From: a virus
Length of the DNA: 64,000 nucleotides
IMG/VR virus record: IMGVR_UViG_3300027977_000027
Coordinates: 9,021-73,020 of that record
Direction: 5' to 3' (one strand)
Below, piece by piece: positions 27,516-36,903 of the stretch (positions are counted from its first letter, which is position 1; each line of letters starts with the position of its first letter). A program made the translations under genes and the position numbers. The notes beneath the pieces are model-generated. The model was not told where the DNA came from and did no database searches. It was given only the letters and a program-made list of their open reading frames with translations.

Positions 27516-27802
27516 ATCGCAAAAGGTAAAAAAGTAAATTTTGAATTCATAGTTAAACGTAAATAAAATGGGATGGTTTGCCAGTACCAATAATTCTAGG
27601 ATTAACCCCAAAAATATCAAAACAATATTGGTGGTTAACTTTGTCTGAAGAATCAAAAAATGATTTACAAGGTATCAGAGCTGAATTAGGATTAGGTAAA
27701 CCATTTTTTGACTTACATATGACAATTGGCTATGCAAATGAAAAAAATATTCTTCATTCAAAATATATAGAACATTTATTTAAAATTAATTTTTTAACAT
27801 GA
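27516..27802 (+). pseudogene. Chimeric relic: 3' end of a 28911-like gene joined to the 3' half of a 2H gene copy
   Basis: IAKGKKVNFEFIVKRK* then KWDG...WWLTL...GIRAELGLGKPFFDLHMTIGYANEKN. Confidence 0.7.
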
Positions 27803-28857
27803 CAACAACAACAATCCTTTCAATTTTTGGTATCGTAGCTTCAAGTATAATATCAATTTGGGCTATATTAAAATTTATCGTATCTCAAAATTATAGATTA
27901 GATGATAATGTTAGTAAAATTCTAATTAAAAAATTTCAAAATGAAGCTACTTTTAAGTTTGAACTAAATAATGAGTTTAGTGTAAATAAAAAATATCCAT
28001 CGATTTATGAAATTTTTTGTTATATTGATGGTTGTTTTTTTTTATTTAAAAGAAATGAAAGGTTATTAAATGCTGGATGGCAAAGCAAAGATACTGTTTC
28101 TGAAATATATTTCTTTAGATGGCAAAAAGATAAAGTTATAAATTACATCAAAACTATTTCTAGTGTAAAAGATAGTATAAATGTAATGCTATTAGGACCT
28201 CATGGTTCAGATAAATTAGGTGAATTACAAATATCTGAACCAACAATATCCATAGACAAAGATTTATATGAAGATATTGAAGCTGACATAAAAGATATGT
28301 TAGAAAATAAAAAATCAAAAACTGGATGTTTATTATATGGAAAACCTGGTACGGGAAAAACAAGGTTGGTAAAATATTTATCGCAAAAATATCTATTACC
28401 AATATATACAGTATATTTAAACCCAGATTTTAGCAATTTGGACGTATTAATGATGTTTAGTTCTATACCAGAAAAATGTATTGTTCTATTTGAAGATTTT
28501 GACAATTATTTTAATAAAAGAGATTGTACATTAAAGAATGAAAACATAAAGTTTACTTTTGATGCTATCATAAATGCTTTAGATGGAATATATAATGACT
28601 ACAACCAAGTTGTTTTTATAATGACAGCTAATGATATTGACAAAATAGATGACTCAATAAAACTACGTTCATCTAGATTCAAATTTGTAAGAGAAATCAC
28701 GTCACCATCATATGAAACTAGGTTAAAAATATTAGGAGATAAAACACTTGCTGAAAAAACAGAAGGTATGACAATAGACAAAATCTATTTTGTGGAATCT
28801 CTTATTGGTAAATATACTGACGACCAAATCATTGAAAAAGCAAATTTAAACGTTTAA
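27799..28857 (+). CDS. Membrane-anchored AAA+ ATPase (BCS1-like)
   Basis: N-terminal TM helix, GKPGTGKT, LFEDFD, NALDG, MTAN. Confidence 0.85.
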   Translation: MTTTTILSIFGIVASSIISIWAILKFIVSQNYRLDDNVSKILIKKFQNEATFKFELNNEFSVNKKYPSIYEIFCYIDGCFFLFKRNERLLNAGWQSKDTVSEIYFFRWQKDKVINYIKTISSVKDSINVMLLGPHGSDKLGELQISEPTISIDKDLYEDIEADIKDMLENKKSKTGCLLYGKPGTGKTRLVKYLSQKYLLPIYTVYLNPDFSNLDVLMMFSSIPEKCIVLFEDFDNYFNKRDCTLKNENIKFTFDAIINALDGIYNDYNQVVFIMTANDIDKIDDSIKLRSSRFKFVREITSPSYETRLKILGDKTLAEKTEGMTIDKIYFVESLIGKYTDDQIIEKANLNV

Positions 28858-28910
28858 ATTTGGAATAATCAATTTAATTATGTACCTTTGTATTCACAAA
28901 ATAAAATAAT

Positions 28911-29306
28911 ATGTTTTTTACACGTAAACACCTTTTAGAATACGGTTATAAAGTAATGGGGTTCGACTTTGGTAGAAATGATACATGTAATAACTATGTA
29001 AAATATTTTCCCGAACATAACTCAATGGTTGTATTTTCAACAGTATTCAATAATAGCGTATTGGTATACCGATTGACCAAACAACAATACGATGATTTCC
29101 AAGAAGGAAAATTTGCCTTGTCACACGATGGTAAAGGTTGGGGAAACACAGCATCTGGTTATCCAATAAAAAATTATGGTTTAACAATTGTATTTGCTGG
29201 CGGTGAAATAAGCAGAAGAAAATACTTGAAAGAAATGCTAGATGTGGCAGAAGAAATGGCACAAGGCAAAGAAATAGAATTTGAATTCGTAATTAAAAGA
29301 AAATAA
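28911..29306 (+). CDS. Hypothetical protein
   Basis: ORF after a promoter. Confidence 0.7.
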   Translation: MFFTRKHLLEYGYKVMGFDFGRNDTCNNYVKYFPEHNSMVVFSTVFNNSVLVYRLTKQQYDDFQEGKFALSHDGKGWGNTASGYPIKNYGLTIVFAGGEISRRKYLKEMLDVAEEMAQGKEIEFEFVIKRK

Positions 29307-29307
29307 A

Positions 29308-30324
29308 ATGGGTGGAAGGGCGCTTAAAAATACAATTACTCGTAGATACGAGATAGCAGAATTTGACAGTATCAGTATTGAACTTATGGACATATTAAGG
29401 CCAGACTTTAAACGTGTGGTCATGCCTCTATTCTATAAAAACAAACCATCATTTGGTGATGCCGACATCATCCTATCAATGGAAGGTTTTAATGATAACA
29501 TGCGTGATTATATCACTGATAAATTCAATCCAAATGAAATATTTCATAATGGGAACTGCTGGTCATTTGATTACAAAGAACTTCAAGTAGACCTCATTAC
29601 AGTTTCAGCTGAAGACTTTGACACCAATGAAATGTATCTGTCATATAATGACCTTGGTAACTTTATAGGTCGTATAGCACAGGGATTTGGATTGAAGTAC
29701 GGACAAGAAGGACTATGGTATGAACATTACTTTAAAGGTATGAACATCGCTCGTATTCCAATATCAAAGAACTATCAAGATATATTTAAATTTCTAGGTC
29801 TTTCTTATGAAAGGTATCTTGAAGGTTTTGATGAACTGGAGGACATCTTTGAATATATTGCAACTTGTCGTTTTTTCAACTGGAAGATGTTTCAACTGAA
29901 CCAGTTGAATAAAATCAATCGTGATAGAAATGTAAAACGAAAATCATACATGACATTCCTTGAGTGGATGGATGCAAATGTTGCTGATGAGAATCACGAA
30001 TACCAGTTTGATAAAACTCAAGAAGAATATAATAAAATGATTGCTGAAGCATTTCCATATGCCAATCTAGAATTAGAAATTCGTAAAGTTGAATATGAGT
30101 ACTGCAAATCTTTTTATATCAAAGCTAAATTTAATGGTGGTGATGTAATGCGTAAGTATGGTCTAGAAGGAAAAGAATTGGGTGATGCTATGTCTGGTTT
30201 CAAAATATTCATCACTAATTTAATTGGTGCTGAAACATATGAAGATTATATCATAAACAGTTCAGTTGAAAGCATATACGAAGATTTTGAATCATATAAG
30301 ATTATTATTAAACATATTAAATGA
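29308..30324 (+). CDS. Pol-beta-like nucleotidyltransferase
   Basis: K.SFGDADI...QVDLI. Confidence 0.65.
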   Translation: MGGRALKNTITRRYEIAEFDSISIELMDILRPDFKRVVMPLFYKNKPSFGDADIILSMEGFNDNMRDYITDKFNPNEIFHNGNCWSFDYKELQVDLITVSAEDFDTNEMYLSYNDLGNFIGRIAQGFGLKYGQEGLWYEHYFKGMNIARIPISKNYQDIFKFLGLSYERYLEGFDELEDIFEYIATCRFFNWKMFQLNQLNKINRDRNVKRKSYMTFLEWMDANVADENHEYQFDKTQEEYNKMIAEAFPYANLELEIRKVEYEYCKSFYIKAKFNGGDVMRKYGLEGKELGDAMSGFKIFITNLIGAETYEDYIINSSVESIYEDFESYKIIIKHIK

Positions 30325-30842
30325 AAAAAATTAACAGCACTAACATTGATGAGGCCCCAACTGGCAGCATTAGAACAAATTCTGGAACATTTGTTAATGT
30401 TTTTGACACCAACCCAGATTCAATTAAAATTGAAGATATTGCTCATGCCTTATCTCGCTTACCAAGATTTGGTGGTCATCTAAACAGACATTATTCTGTT
30501 GCTCAACATAGCGTATTATGTGCTGAAATGGCCAAAACCAAAAAGGACAAAAAAGCTGCGTTATTGCATGATGGAAGTGAAGCGTATCTGTTGGATATGC
30601 CGTCACCAATCAAAGTAAGAATGGGTGAATATAAGCAATATGAAGATAAGCTTATGGGAATTATCTTTAAAAAGTATGATTTGGAATGGCCATTGAGTAA
30701 TAACATAAAGAAAATAGATAGAAAGATGTTATTGATTGAGTGGGCTAACTTAGCAGTAATTGACAACAAAGAATTCAAATGTTGGACTCCCAATAAAGCT
30801 AAAAAAGAGTTCATGAAACTATACAAACAGTTGTTCAAGTAA
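30321..30842 (+). CDS. HD-domain 5'-deoxynucleotidase-like protein
   Basis: DIAHALS..PRFGGH...YSVAQHS...LLHDGSEAY..D. Confidence 0.85.
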   Translation: MKKINSTNIDEAPTGSIRTNSGTFVNVFDTNPDSIKIEDIAHALSRLPRFGGHLNRHYSVAQHSVLCAEMAKTKKDKKAALLHDGSEAYLLDMPSPIKVRMGEYKQYEDKLMGIIFKKYDLEWPLSNNIKKIDRKMLLIEWANLAVIDNKEFKCWTPNKAKKEFMKLYKQLFK

Positions 30843-31169
30843 TTATTTAAAAAAAGGGTTGTTTTCTTTCATAAAGGTAATTATTTCATCTGCTTTTTTA
30901 CATTCTGCAATGAAGTTGGTAACTTGGTCGTCAGTCAATGTAAACCATTCGTTATCAGCTTCAGTTTTTTGTGGATGAAAATTACCATGTAACCATTTTT
31001 CTAATTTTATATAGTTATTGGTTTCATAAGTTTTTAATAAACTAATTACGTTAGAATTCCCAGTTTGCAACTCTTTACACCTAATATCAACATTTCTTTT
31101 GGTGATACCAATTTTATGACGTTCATTTCCGTCTTTGTCAACTTCCAATAAAAGGTATAAATAACCCAT
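30843..31169 (-). CDS. T5orf172 / GIY-YIG-like protein
   Basis: YLYL...KIGIT...R..ELQTGN...EWF. Confidence 0.8.
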   Translation of the reverse strand: MGYLYLLLEVDKDGNERHKIGITKRNVDIRCKELQTGNSNVISLLKTYETNNYIKLEKWLHGNFHPQKTEADNEWFTLTDDQVTNFIAECKKADEIITFMKENNPFFK

Positions 31170-31206
31170 AGAATAACATTAATTAAATAAGATAGATAAG
31201 TAAATA

Positions 31207-31950
31207 TTAAAGCTCACTAATTGCTTTATTGATTAAACGTATTAATAAGATGCTTTTGTAAGTTAAAAACACATCAACGTGGTCATTAAACTTTGCTATT
31301 ACATTTATAGGTTTGTTGTCAATTCTAATCACCTCATCTTCATGATATGCTCTAGATAGAATTTTAAAATACTTAGATTTAAAAATGAATTCGTTTGGGT
31401 TTGTCGTATATTCTAAAACAAAAGCCATTCTTAAATCTTTCGCAATAATTTCTTTTAATAGTTCTTTTCTTGCTTCTGGTGTTTGATAATCATTAAAATT
31501 AATACTACTTGCTACTTCATTTAAAATATCATGATTACCAAATATTGAAGCGGAATCAAAATTTGTTGACCAACTTTGAACTTTGTTTCTAGCTTTATAA
31601 ACATAAGGAAATGGTTTCTGAAGACTTATTGGTTGTTTTGACCTTATGAAATACTCAGCTGGTAATGTTAAACCACGGTATACCTTTGTTTTTTCTGGTA
31701 TAAGCACTTCAGGATATTGTTGCATACAACCTTTAAGATTCTTAACCACTTTTATAAAATCTGACTCAGTTGCTTCACCGTACTTGTTATCAGTAAAATC
31801 TTTTATATCATCAACATATTTGTTTTCGATTCCAGTGTTTCTTTCTTTTCCACCTAATTCATCAGCAAAAAGTTCGTTACCAAACTTTTTAACACACGCT
31901 TCAATTTCAATCTCATTTATAAGGTTATTATATACTTCTAGGATTTTCAT
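31207..31950 (-). CDS. Possible R-S-E type ADP-ribosyltransferase
   Basis: VYRGL...SWST...EDEV. Confidence 0.5.
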   Translation of the reverse strand: MKILEVYNNLINEIEIEACVKKFGNELFADELGGKERNTGIENKYVDDIKDFTDNKYGEATESDFIKVVKNLKGCMQQYPEVLIPEKTKVYRGLTLPAEYFIRSKQPISLQKPFPYVYKARNKVQSWSTNFDSASIFGNHDILNEVASSINFNDYQTPEARKELLKEIIAKDLRMAFVLEYTTNPNEFIFKSKYFKILSRAYHEDEVIRIDNKPINVIAKFNDHVDVFLTYKSILLIRLINKAISEL

Positions 31951-32030
31951 TATATATAAATATTAATTTTTTGTAAAAAACTTGATAAATTCACAAATGT
32001 TCTTTATATTTATAAATATTTATTAAAAAC

Positions 32031-32507
32031 ATGGGAAGACCATTTAACAAAAAAGCATACGATTCTTTTGATTTAAAAAATAAAAAGGAATTGGTTAATA
32101 TGATGTTAGCTAAAGGATACTCTTTGGTTGGAGCTATAGAGACTGAACATTTTAAAAAATATGATATTAAGTTTACAAAAGATGGGGGTGAGATTTCATT
32201 TGAAAATGAAACTAGAATGAATTTCGTAACCATTAGAGATGTATATTCAACCATTCATATTCCAATAAGGAAAAAAAATACACAAGCCGATTATTATATT
32301 GTTTGGAAACCAGAACTTGATGAATTTTTTATGATTGATAAAAAAACCATAGAAAAATACAAGAAAAAAGTCGTTACAATATCGTGTAATGAATCACATG
32401 TGGATGATAGTTATATTGATTCTTTTATAGATATACCAAAAATAGAAGCTGTTTTATATTATAAAAAAGGTAGTAAATGGAAAATAAAAAACAAACCCCA
32501 ACAATAG
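32031..32507 (+). CDS. Hypothetical protein (possible PD-(D/E)XK fold)
   Basis: YDI...FENETR. Confidence 0.45.
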   Translation: MGRPFNKKAYDSFDLKNKKELVNMMLAKGYSLVGAIETEHFKKYDIKFTKDGGEISFENETRMNFVTIRDVYSTIHIPIRKKNTQADYYIVWKPELDEFFMIDKKTIEKYKKKVVTISCNESHVDDSYIDSFIDIPKIEAVLYYKKGSKWKIKNKPQQ

Positions 32508-32812
32508 TGGTTAACTTAAACAAAGAACCTTATGATGTTTACATAGGTAGAGGTTCAAAATGGGGAAACCCATATACAACCATAAAAGATAAAGAAACTT
32601 TAGCTTGTGAAATAGTCGATTCTTCTGAAGAAGCTATTTCAAAATATAAAGAACACATCCTATCAACACCAGAACTATATGATTCACTTCATGAATTGGA
32701 AGGGAAAACACTTGGGTGTTTTTGCAAACCAAAACCATGTCATGGGGATGTGTTATTGGAATTAATCAGTCAAAAAAACTTAAAAAATTTTTTTGTTAAA
32801 AACGTTAAATAA
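32477..32812 (+). CDS. DUF4326 family protein
   Basis: YDVYIGRGSKWGNP...LGCFCKPKPCHGDVL. Confidence 0.85.
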   Translation: MENKKQTPTIVVNLNKEPYDVYIGRGSKWGNPYTTIKDKETLACEIVDSSEEAISKYKEHILSTPELYDSLHELEGKTLGCFCKPKPCHGDVLLELISQKNLKNFFVKNVK

Positions 32813-32876
32813 CTTGCAACTATAATATCTTTTATGTACATTTGCATTATTAATAACAATTCATAAAAAAAAAATT

Positions 32877-33101
32877 ATGAGTAATACTAGAACAGAACAA
32901 AGCGTTAAAAATGGTATCAAAATTTTGAAAATCGCTATCAGACGCAACATTTCACTTTCAGAAGCATCACGCCAAGCCAATTATGGCCGTAACTATGTTT
33001 CTGATATCAAACTTCGTTTGAGAGAAAATTATCGCAGCAAAAACGTAACGAAAGAGACTTATGCTCAGTTCAATGCGTTGATGAAAGAATACGCTGGGTA
33101 A
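32877..33101 (+). CDS. Small basic HTH-like protein
   Basis: ISLSEASRQANYGRNYVSDIK. Confidence 0.55.
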   Translation: MSNTRTEQSVKNGIKILKIAIRRNISLSEASRQANYGRNYVSDIKLRLRENYRSKNVTKETYAQFNALMKEYAG

Positions 33102-33123
33102 TTAAAAAAAAAGTTTGAAAAAA

Positions 33124-33218
33124 ACTTGACAATATCAAAAAAAGTTTGTACCTTTGCATAACTTTTAAAAACAAAGACATATTTAATTAAAACGGGGAAA
33201 CCCAAAAACAAAAAAAAA
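33124..33218 (+). promoter_or_regulatory. Promoter and conserved 5' UTR of tRNA array 2
   Basis: TACCTTTGCATAACTTTT...ACAAAGACATATTTAAT...GGGGAAACCC; homologous to 13484..13560. Confidence 0.75.
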
Positions 33219-33311
33219 ATGAGAACTTTTGCTAACATATTCGATTTTGCGTTTGAATTCGCAGCCGAGGCCGATAAAAGCCTAGGGGTCAAGTATATTG
33301 TCAAAAGTTAA
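33219..33311 (+). CDS. Putative attenuator leader peptide 2 (30 aa)
   Basis: MRTFANIFDFAFEFAAEADKSLGVKYIVKS*. Confidence 0.75.
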   Translation: MRTFANIFDFAFEFAAEADKSLGVKYIVKS

Positions 33312-33335
33312 CATAAAAGTTAAGTGTGTGATAAG

Positions 33336-33370
33336 AAGCCTGACCATAAAAAGTCAGGCTTTTTTGTTTT
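33336..33370 (+). terminator. Attenuator terminator upstream of tRNA array 2
   Basis: aagcctgac-cataaaaa-gtcaggctt with T run. Confidence 0.8.
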
Positions 33371-33379
33371 AAAACATAT

Positions 33380-33452
33380 GGGACGGTAGCTCAGTTGGTA
33401 GAGCAGTGGCCTGAAGAGCCACGTGTCGCTGGTTCGATTCCAGCCCGTCCCA
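33380..33452 (+). tRNA. tRNA-Phe(GAA)
   Basis: gtggc-CTGAAGA-gccac cloverleaf. Confidence 0.95.
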
Positions 33453-33457
33453 CGCAT

Positions 33458-33529
33458 GGCACCATCGAATAGTGGTTAGTTCGTCTGGTTTTCAACCAGA
33501 AAACAGGGGTTCAATTCCCCTTGGTGCTA
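33458..33529 (+). tRNA. tRNA-Glu(TTC)
   Basis: tctgg-TTTTCAA-ccaga. Confidence 0.92.
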
Positions 33530-33577
33530 CAAAATGTTACGGTAGACTAGCCTCTAGTCAACGTTGGGTCCTTATAT

Positions 33578-33654
33578 GGAATATTAGTAGAGTTGGTTAC
33601 AATATCGCACTGTCACTGCGAAGGTCACGGGTTCGAATCCCGTATATTCCGCCA
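33578..33654 (+). tRNA. tRNA-Asp(GTC)
   Basis: tcgca-CTGTCAC-tgcga, G73, encoded CCA. Confidence 0.93.
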
Positions 33655-33746
33655 AAAATGGTAATCGTTATTTTTGTGGTGGCCACCACGAATAATGAAA
33701 ATCCATACTAAGTAACGAATGATGGCCATCAATAGTTATTTAGTTA

Positions 33747-33817
33747 GAGGATGTAGTTTAATTGGTAAAACTCTGGCGTGGAGCCAGAAGTTGTGGGTTC
33801 GAACCCCATCATCTTCC
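33747..33817 (+). tRNA. tRNA-like gene with shortened anticodon loop (His-like, or Pro TGG)
   Basis: gaggatg/catcttc, ctggc-GTGGA-gccag, C73. Confidence 0.6.
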
Positions 33818-33823
33818 AAATAT

Positions 33824-33896
33824 GGGGTGCCATGTACCAAGGCTGGCGAGAGACCTTTGCAAGGTTTCTGGTAGGATTCGATTTCCTAGCGCTCCA
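33824..33896 (+). tRNA. tRNA-Ala(TGC)
   Basis: agacc-TTTGCAA-ggttt, G3:U70, A73; atypical D arm. Confidence 0.8.
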
Positions 33897-33897
33897 C

Positions 33898-33921
33898 AAA
33901 GCTCCGAAAGGGGCTTTTTTT
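33898..33921 (+). terminator. Terminator of tRNA array 2
   Basis: aaagctcc-gaaa-ggggcttttttt. Confidence 0.8.
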
Positions 33922-33956
33922 ATTTGTTTGGATATTTATGAAAAAGCAACTTTAAG

Positions 33957-36260
33957 ATGAAAATTTCAAATATATTTAAAGAAATCATTAATGAAGATTT
34001 CAAGTCGCAGACAGCTAATTTTATTAAACAAGGTTTCGATGCTAATATTGTTAAAACATATATTGATAAGTTTAAGTATATTAGAGATAACAAGTTCAAA
34101 GAAATGTTTGATGATAAGTTAGACATTCCAGTGCCACCTCAAAAACGTAACGATATTGATGCTTATAAAGATTTCCATGATTTGGAAAGGTTGGTTGATT
34201 ATGTTGGTGGTAGAAGACAAGGTGTTTCAACACTAGGTAAGAAAGAAGATATAGAATTGGACGCAAAACCAGTATATGAAGATGACAATTTTATTGTTTA
34301 CTATGCCGATACTCCAAGAGCTTGTATAAAGTATAAGGGTAGTTTTCCTTATTCATGGTGTGTAGCTAGAAGTGATTCTTCTAATATGTTTTACACATAT
34401 CGTTTTAAACCTTATGAGCCAGCTTTTTATTTTGTTAAAAACAAAAAATTGACCGAAAAAGAATTTGGTGTTTGGAATATGACTAAGAATGTTTTTAAAG
34501 GACAGTTTAAATATCCATATCACTTTTTTGTTATTCAAGTACCAAAAAACATAGACATTGAAAGTGATGAAAATGAACAATATATTGTTACTTCAGCAAA
34601 TAATGATGGTGACAAACAGATGAGTTGGAAAGATATATTAAAACTAAGTCCGAATATTGCACAAATAAAAGAAGTACTTAAACCAAAACCTTTTACAGAT
34701 GAAGAAAGGGAAAAGAATAATAGATTTAAGAATGGTATAAATGACCAAGAATTTGCTAAACTAAGTTATGAAGATAAAAGAAGTTATTTGGACATTTATC
34801 CAACAATATCTAGACCAATTACAACAAAACAATTGATTGAACTTCCAGATGATTTATTAAACCTTTATGTTTCTTTTGGTATAGGTTTAAATGACGAACA
34901 ATTCGCACACATAAAACCAAAAAAAGATGTTTTAAAAAGATACACGCAAATAAGTAAAAGAAAGTTAGAAGAGTATTTAAAAAATTCTACATATGACCGT
35001 AGAAGATTAAGAATGGCATACACTGAACTTATTGTTTTGTCTGATGAAGAAATTAAGAGTTATTTAGAAACATTAGATAAAAAAGAGTTAAATAGATTTA
35101 TTAAAGACAATGGTGAAGATAAAATAGAAATGTTGGAGAAACATGTTTCAGATAAATTTACCAGTGAATTTAAAGATTTAAAAACTATTGTTTTAAAAGC
35201 TAAAGACGATGACGAGGAAGCCTTGAATAAATTATATTCAATGGTACCAGAAAATGTTGATATAACTTTTTCTAACTCTGGTAATTTTATAATCATAGAC
35301 ACCAGCAATTACGGAAGCATATTACAAAAAAGAATGAGTAGTAACGTTTATGAATTATTAGAAAGAGTTGAAGAAGATAGACAATGGGGTGGTAGTTATT
35401 ACGATGATTATTTTTATGATGACCCAGAAAGGTTGGATGAAGAATATAAACATTATCTTACAGAATTTATAAATAACAATAAAGATTTAAAACAAGAATT
35501 CGATTCATTTGGTTTAGAGTTTAATTTTGAAACTGTTGATGATTTATTAGAAACTTACAAAGAAAAAGATGGTATCAGAGAAACGATTAGTAGTGAATAT
35601 ACTTACGCTAAAGAAAAATCCGAACAAAAAGCTTGGGATAAAGTAAAAAATGAGATTAAATCTATTGTTTATTTGTATGATGATGCTTTATACATGAAAG
35701 TTGGTCCGTTCATAATGAATTTGCTTTCTTATAAATTATTTACAACAGATGCTGAACAGTTTATAGATAATTTAGGTGATTTTATTGATAATATGTTAAA
35801 TGATAATGATTTACCTGATAATATGGATACAGTTTGGGAGGAAGTTAATGAAGCTGGTTGGAATTTTATGGATGTTGATAATGATGAAATATATAGGACA
35901 ATAAAGAGTAATATTTCAGATGCTATAGATAAGTTTTCTAACGATGAAGGTGCTCAGGATGATACTGAAGAACAACCAAATACGGTAAAATTAAAATCAG
36001 AAATTATTACCCTTTTAAAGAATACTTTAAAAGGTTTGGGTCAAAGTCCAGATGCAAAGACGATAGAAAATGATATTGCAAGGATAGATATTGACCGCCA
36101 AAGATTTAAGTTAGATGGTAAGGTTTACATAAAAATATATGATAAACAGCAAAAAAAAGAACATGAAGGTTATGTGTTTATCAATGATTTACCATCATAT
36201 TTTAGAAACTACAAACTTTTTGAACAAGTTAGTAGAATTAAAAATTTAATGAGGTATTAA
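33957..36260 (+). CDS. Large acidic hypothetical protein, probably virion-associated
   Basis: 767 aa; WCVA...FYTYR motif; upstream ATATTTAT. Confidence 0.75.
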   Translation: MKISNIFKEIINEDFKSQTANFIKQGFDANIVKTYIDKFKYIRDNKFKEMFDDKLDIPVPPQKRNDIDAYKDFHDLERLVDYVGGRRQGVSTLGKKEDIELDAKPVYEDDNFIVYYADTPRACIKYKGSFPYSWCVARSDSSNMFYTYRFKPYEPAFYFVKNKKLTEKEFGVWNMTKNVFKGQFKYPYHFFVIQVPKNIDIESDENEQYIVTSANNDGDKQMSWKDILKLSPNIAQIKEVLKPKPFTDEEREKNNRFKNGINDQEFAKLSYEDKRSYLDIYPTISRPITTKQLIELPDDLLNLYVSFGIGLNDEQFAHIKPKKDVLKRYTQISKRKLEEYLKNSTYDRRRLRMAYTELIVLSDEEIKSYLETLDKKELNRFIKDNGEDKIEMLEKHVSDKFTSEFKDLKTIVLKAKDDDEEALNKLYSMVPENVDITFSNSGNFIIIDTSNYGSILQKRMSSNVYELLERVEEDRQWGGSYYDDYFYDDPERLDEEYKHYLTEFINNNKDLKQEFDSFGLEFNFETVDDLLETYKEKDGIRETISSEYTYAKEKSEQKAWDKVKNEIKSIVYLYDDALYMKVGPFIMNLLSYKLFTTDAEQFIDNLGDFIDNMLNDNDLPDNMDTVWEEVNEAGWNFMDVDNDEIYRTIKSNISDAIDKFSNDEGAQDDTEEQPNTVKLKSEIITLLKNTLKGLGQSPDAKTIENDIARIDIDRQRFKLDGKVYIKIYDKQQKKEHEGYVFINDLPSYFRNYKLFEQVSRIKNLMRY

Positions 36261-36590
36261 TTGTAAAAACCAATTTTTTTTAGTAGTTTTATTTTATGAA
36301 AAAGAAAATATTACAGTACTTTGCTAATCTCATACTAGATTTAGCTAAAAAAGTTATGGATGATAATGAATCTAAAGCTTTTCAGAATATTTATAATTTT
36401 GGTATTTGGTATGATACCATGTGTGTCTATTATTTTGATGTTGAATTACAATAATTTTTTAAAAACACTTGCATGGTATGAATTTATTTAGTACCTTTGC
36501 GTTATCGAAATAAGTTGTTTGACCAAACAATGAGTAGGGTGGTGGATTGGAGAGGCGTTTCTCTAGGTACGCACTAAGGTAAAAGCATAT

Positions 36591-36714
36591 TGGGAGGTGG
36601 CCAAATTGGTAAAGGCAGCGGTAATGCAAAAAGTTTAATCTGTATAAGATTAAGTTCAGCAAAAAAAAAGCTAATGGAAACCGCCATTTGTAGGTTCGAG
36701 TCCTACTCTCCCAA
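36591..36714 (+). ncRNA. tRNA-like RNA with 57 nt in place of the anticodon loop
   Basis: Acceptor tgggagg/tctccca, D arm gcc/ggc, stem gcggt/accgc, T arm gtagg-TTCGAGT-cctac. Confidence 0.7.
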
Positions 36715-36903
36715 CAAAAAAGGACATACTTGTGTAACACTAGGTTGGCTCCCTTTCCCACATTTGGGATATAACCAAAAAGAGCTATGGCTGACCATGG
36801 GCAACCGATGAATTTAAAATGATTCATATACAGGGGGTGAGATAGTGTGAACGATTTCTAGGGTCTAGGTAAAATCCCCACAAGTCCCTGTTCTTATTAA
36901 AAT

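Noticed and set aside
33824-33896. tRNA-Cys(GCA)
   Set aside because: Loop register gives TGC, and G3:U70 with A73 indicates Ala.
36721-36890. RNase P RNA
   Set aside because: Only a GGTAAAATCCCC resemblance; the conserved GAGGAAAGTCC and 3' P4 segments were not found.
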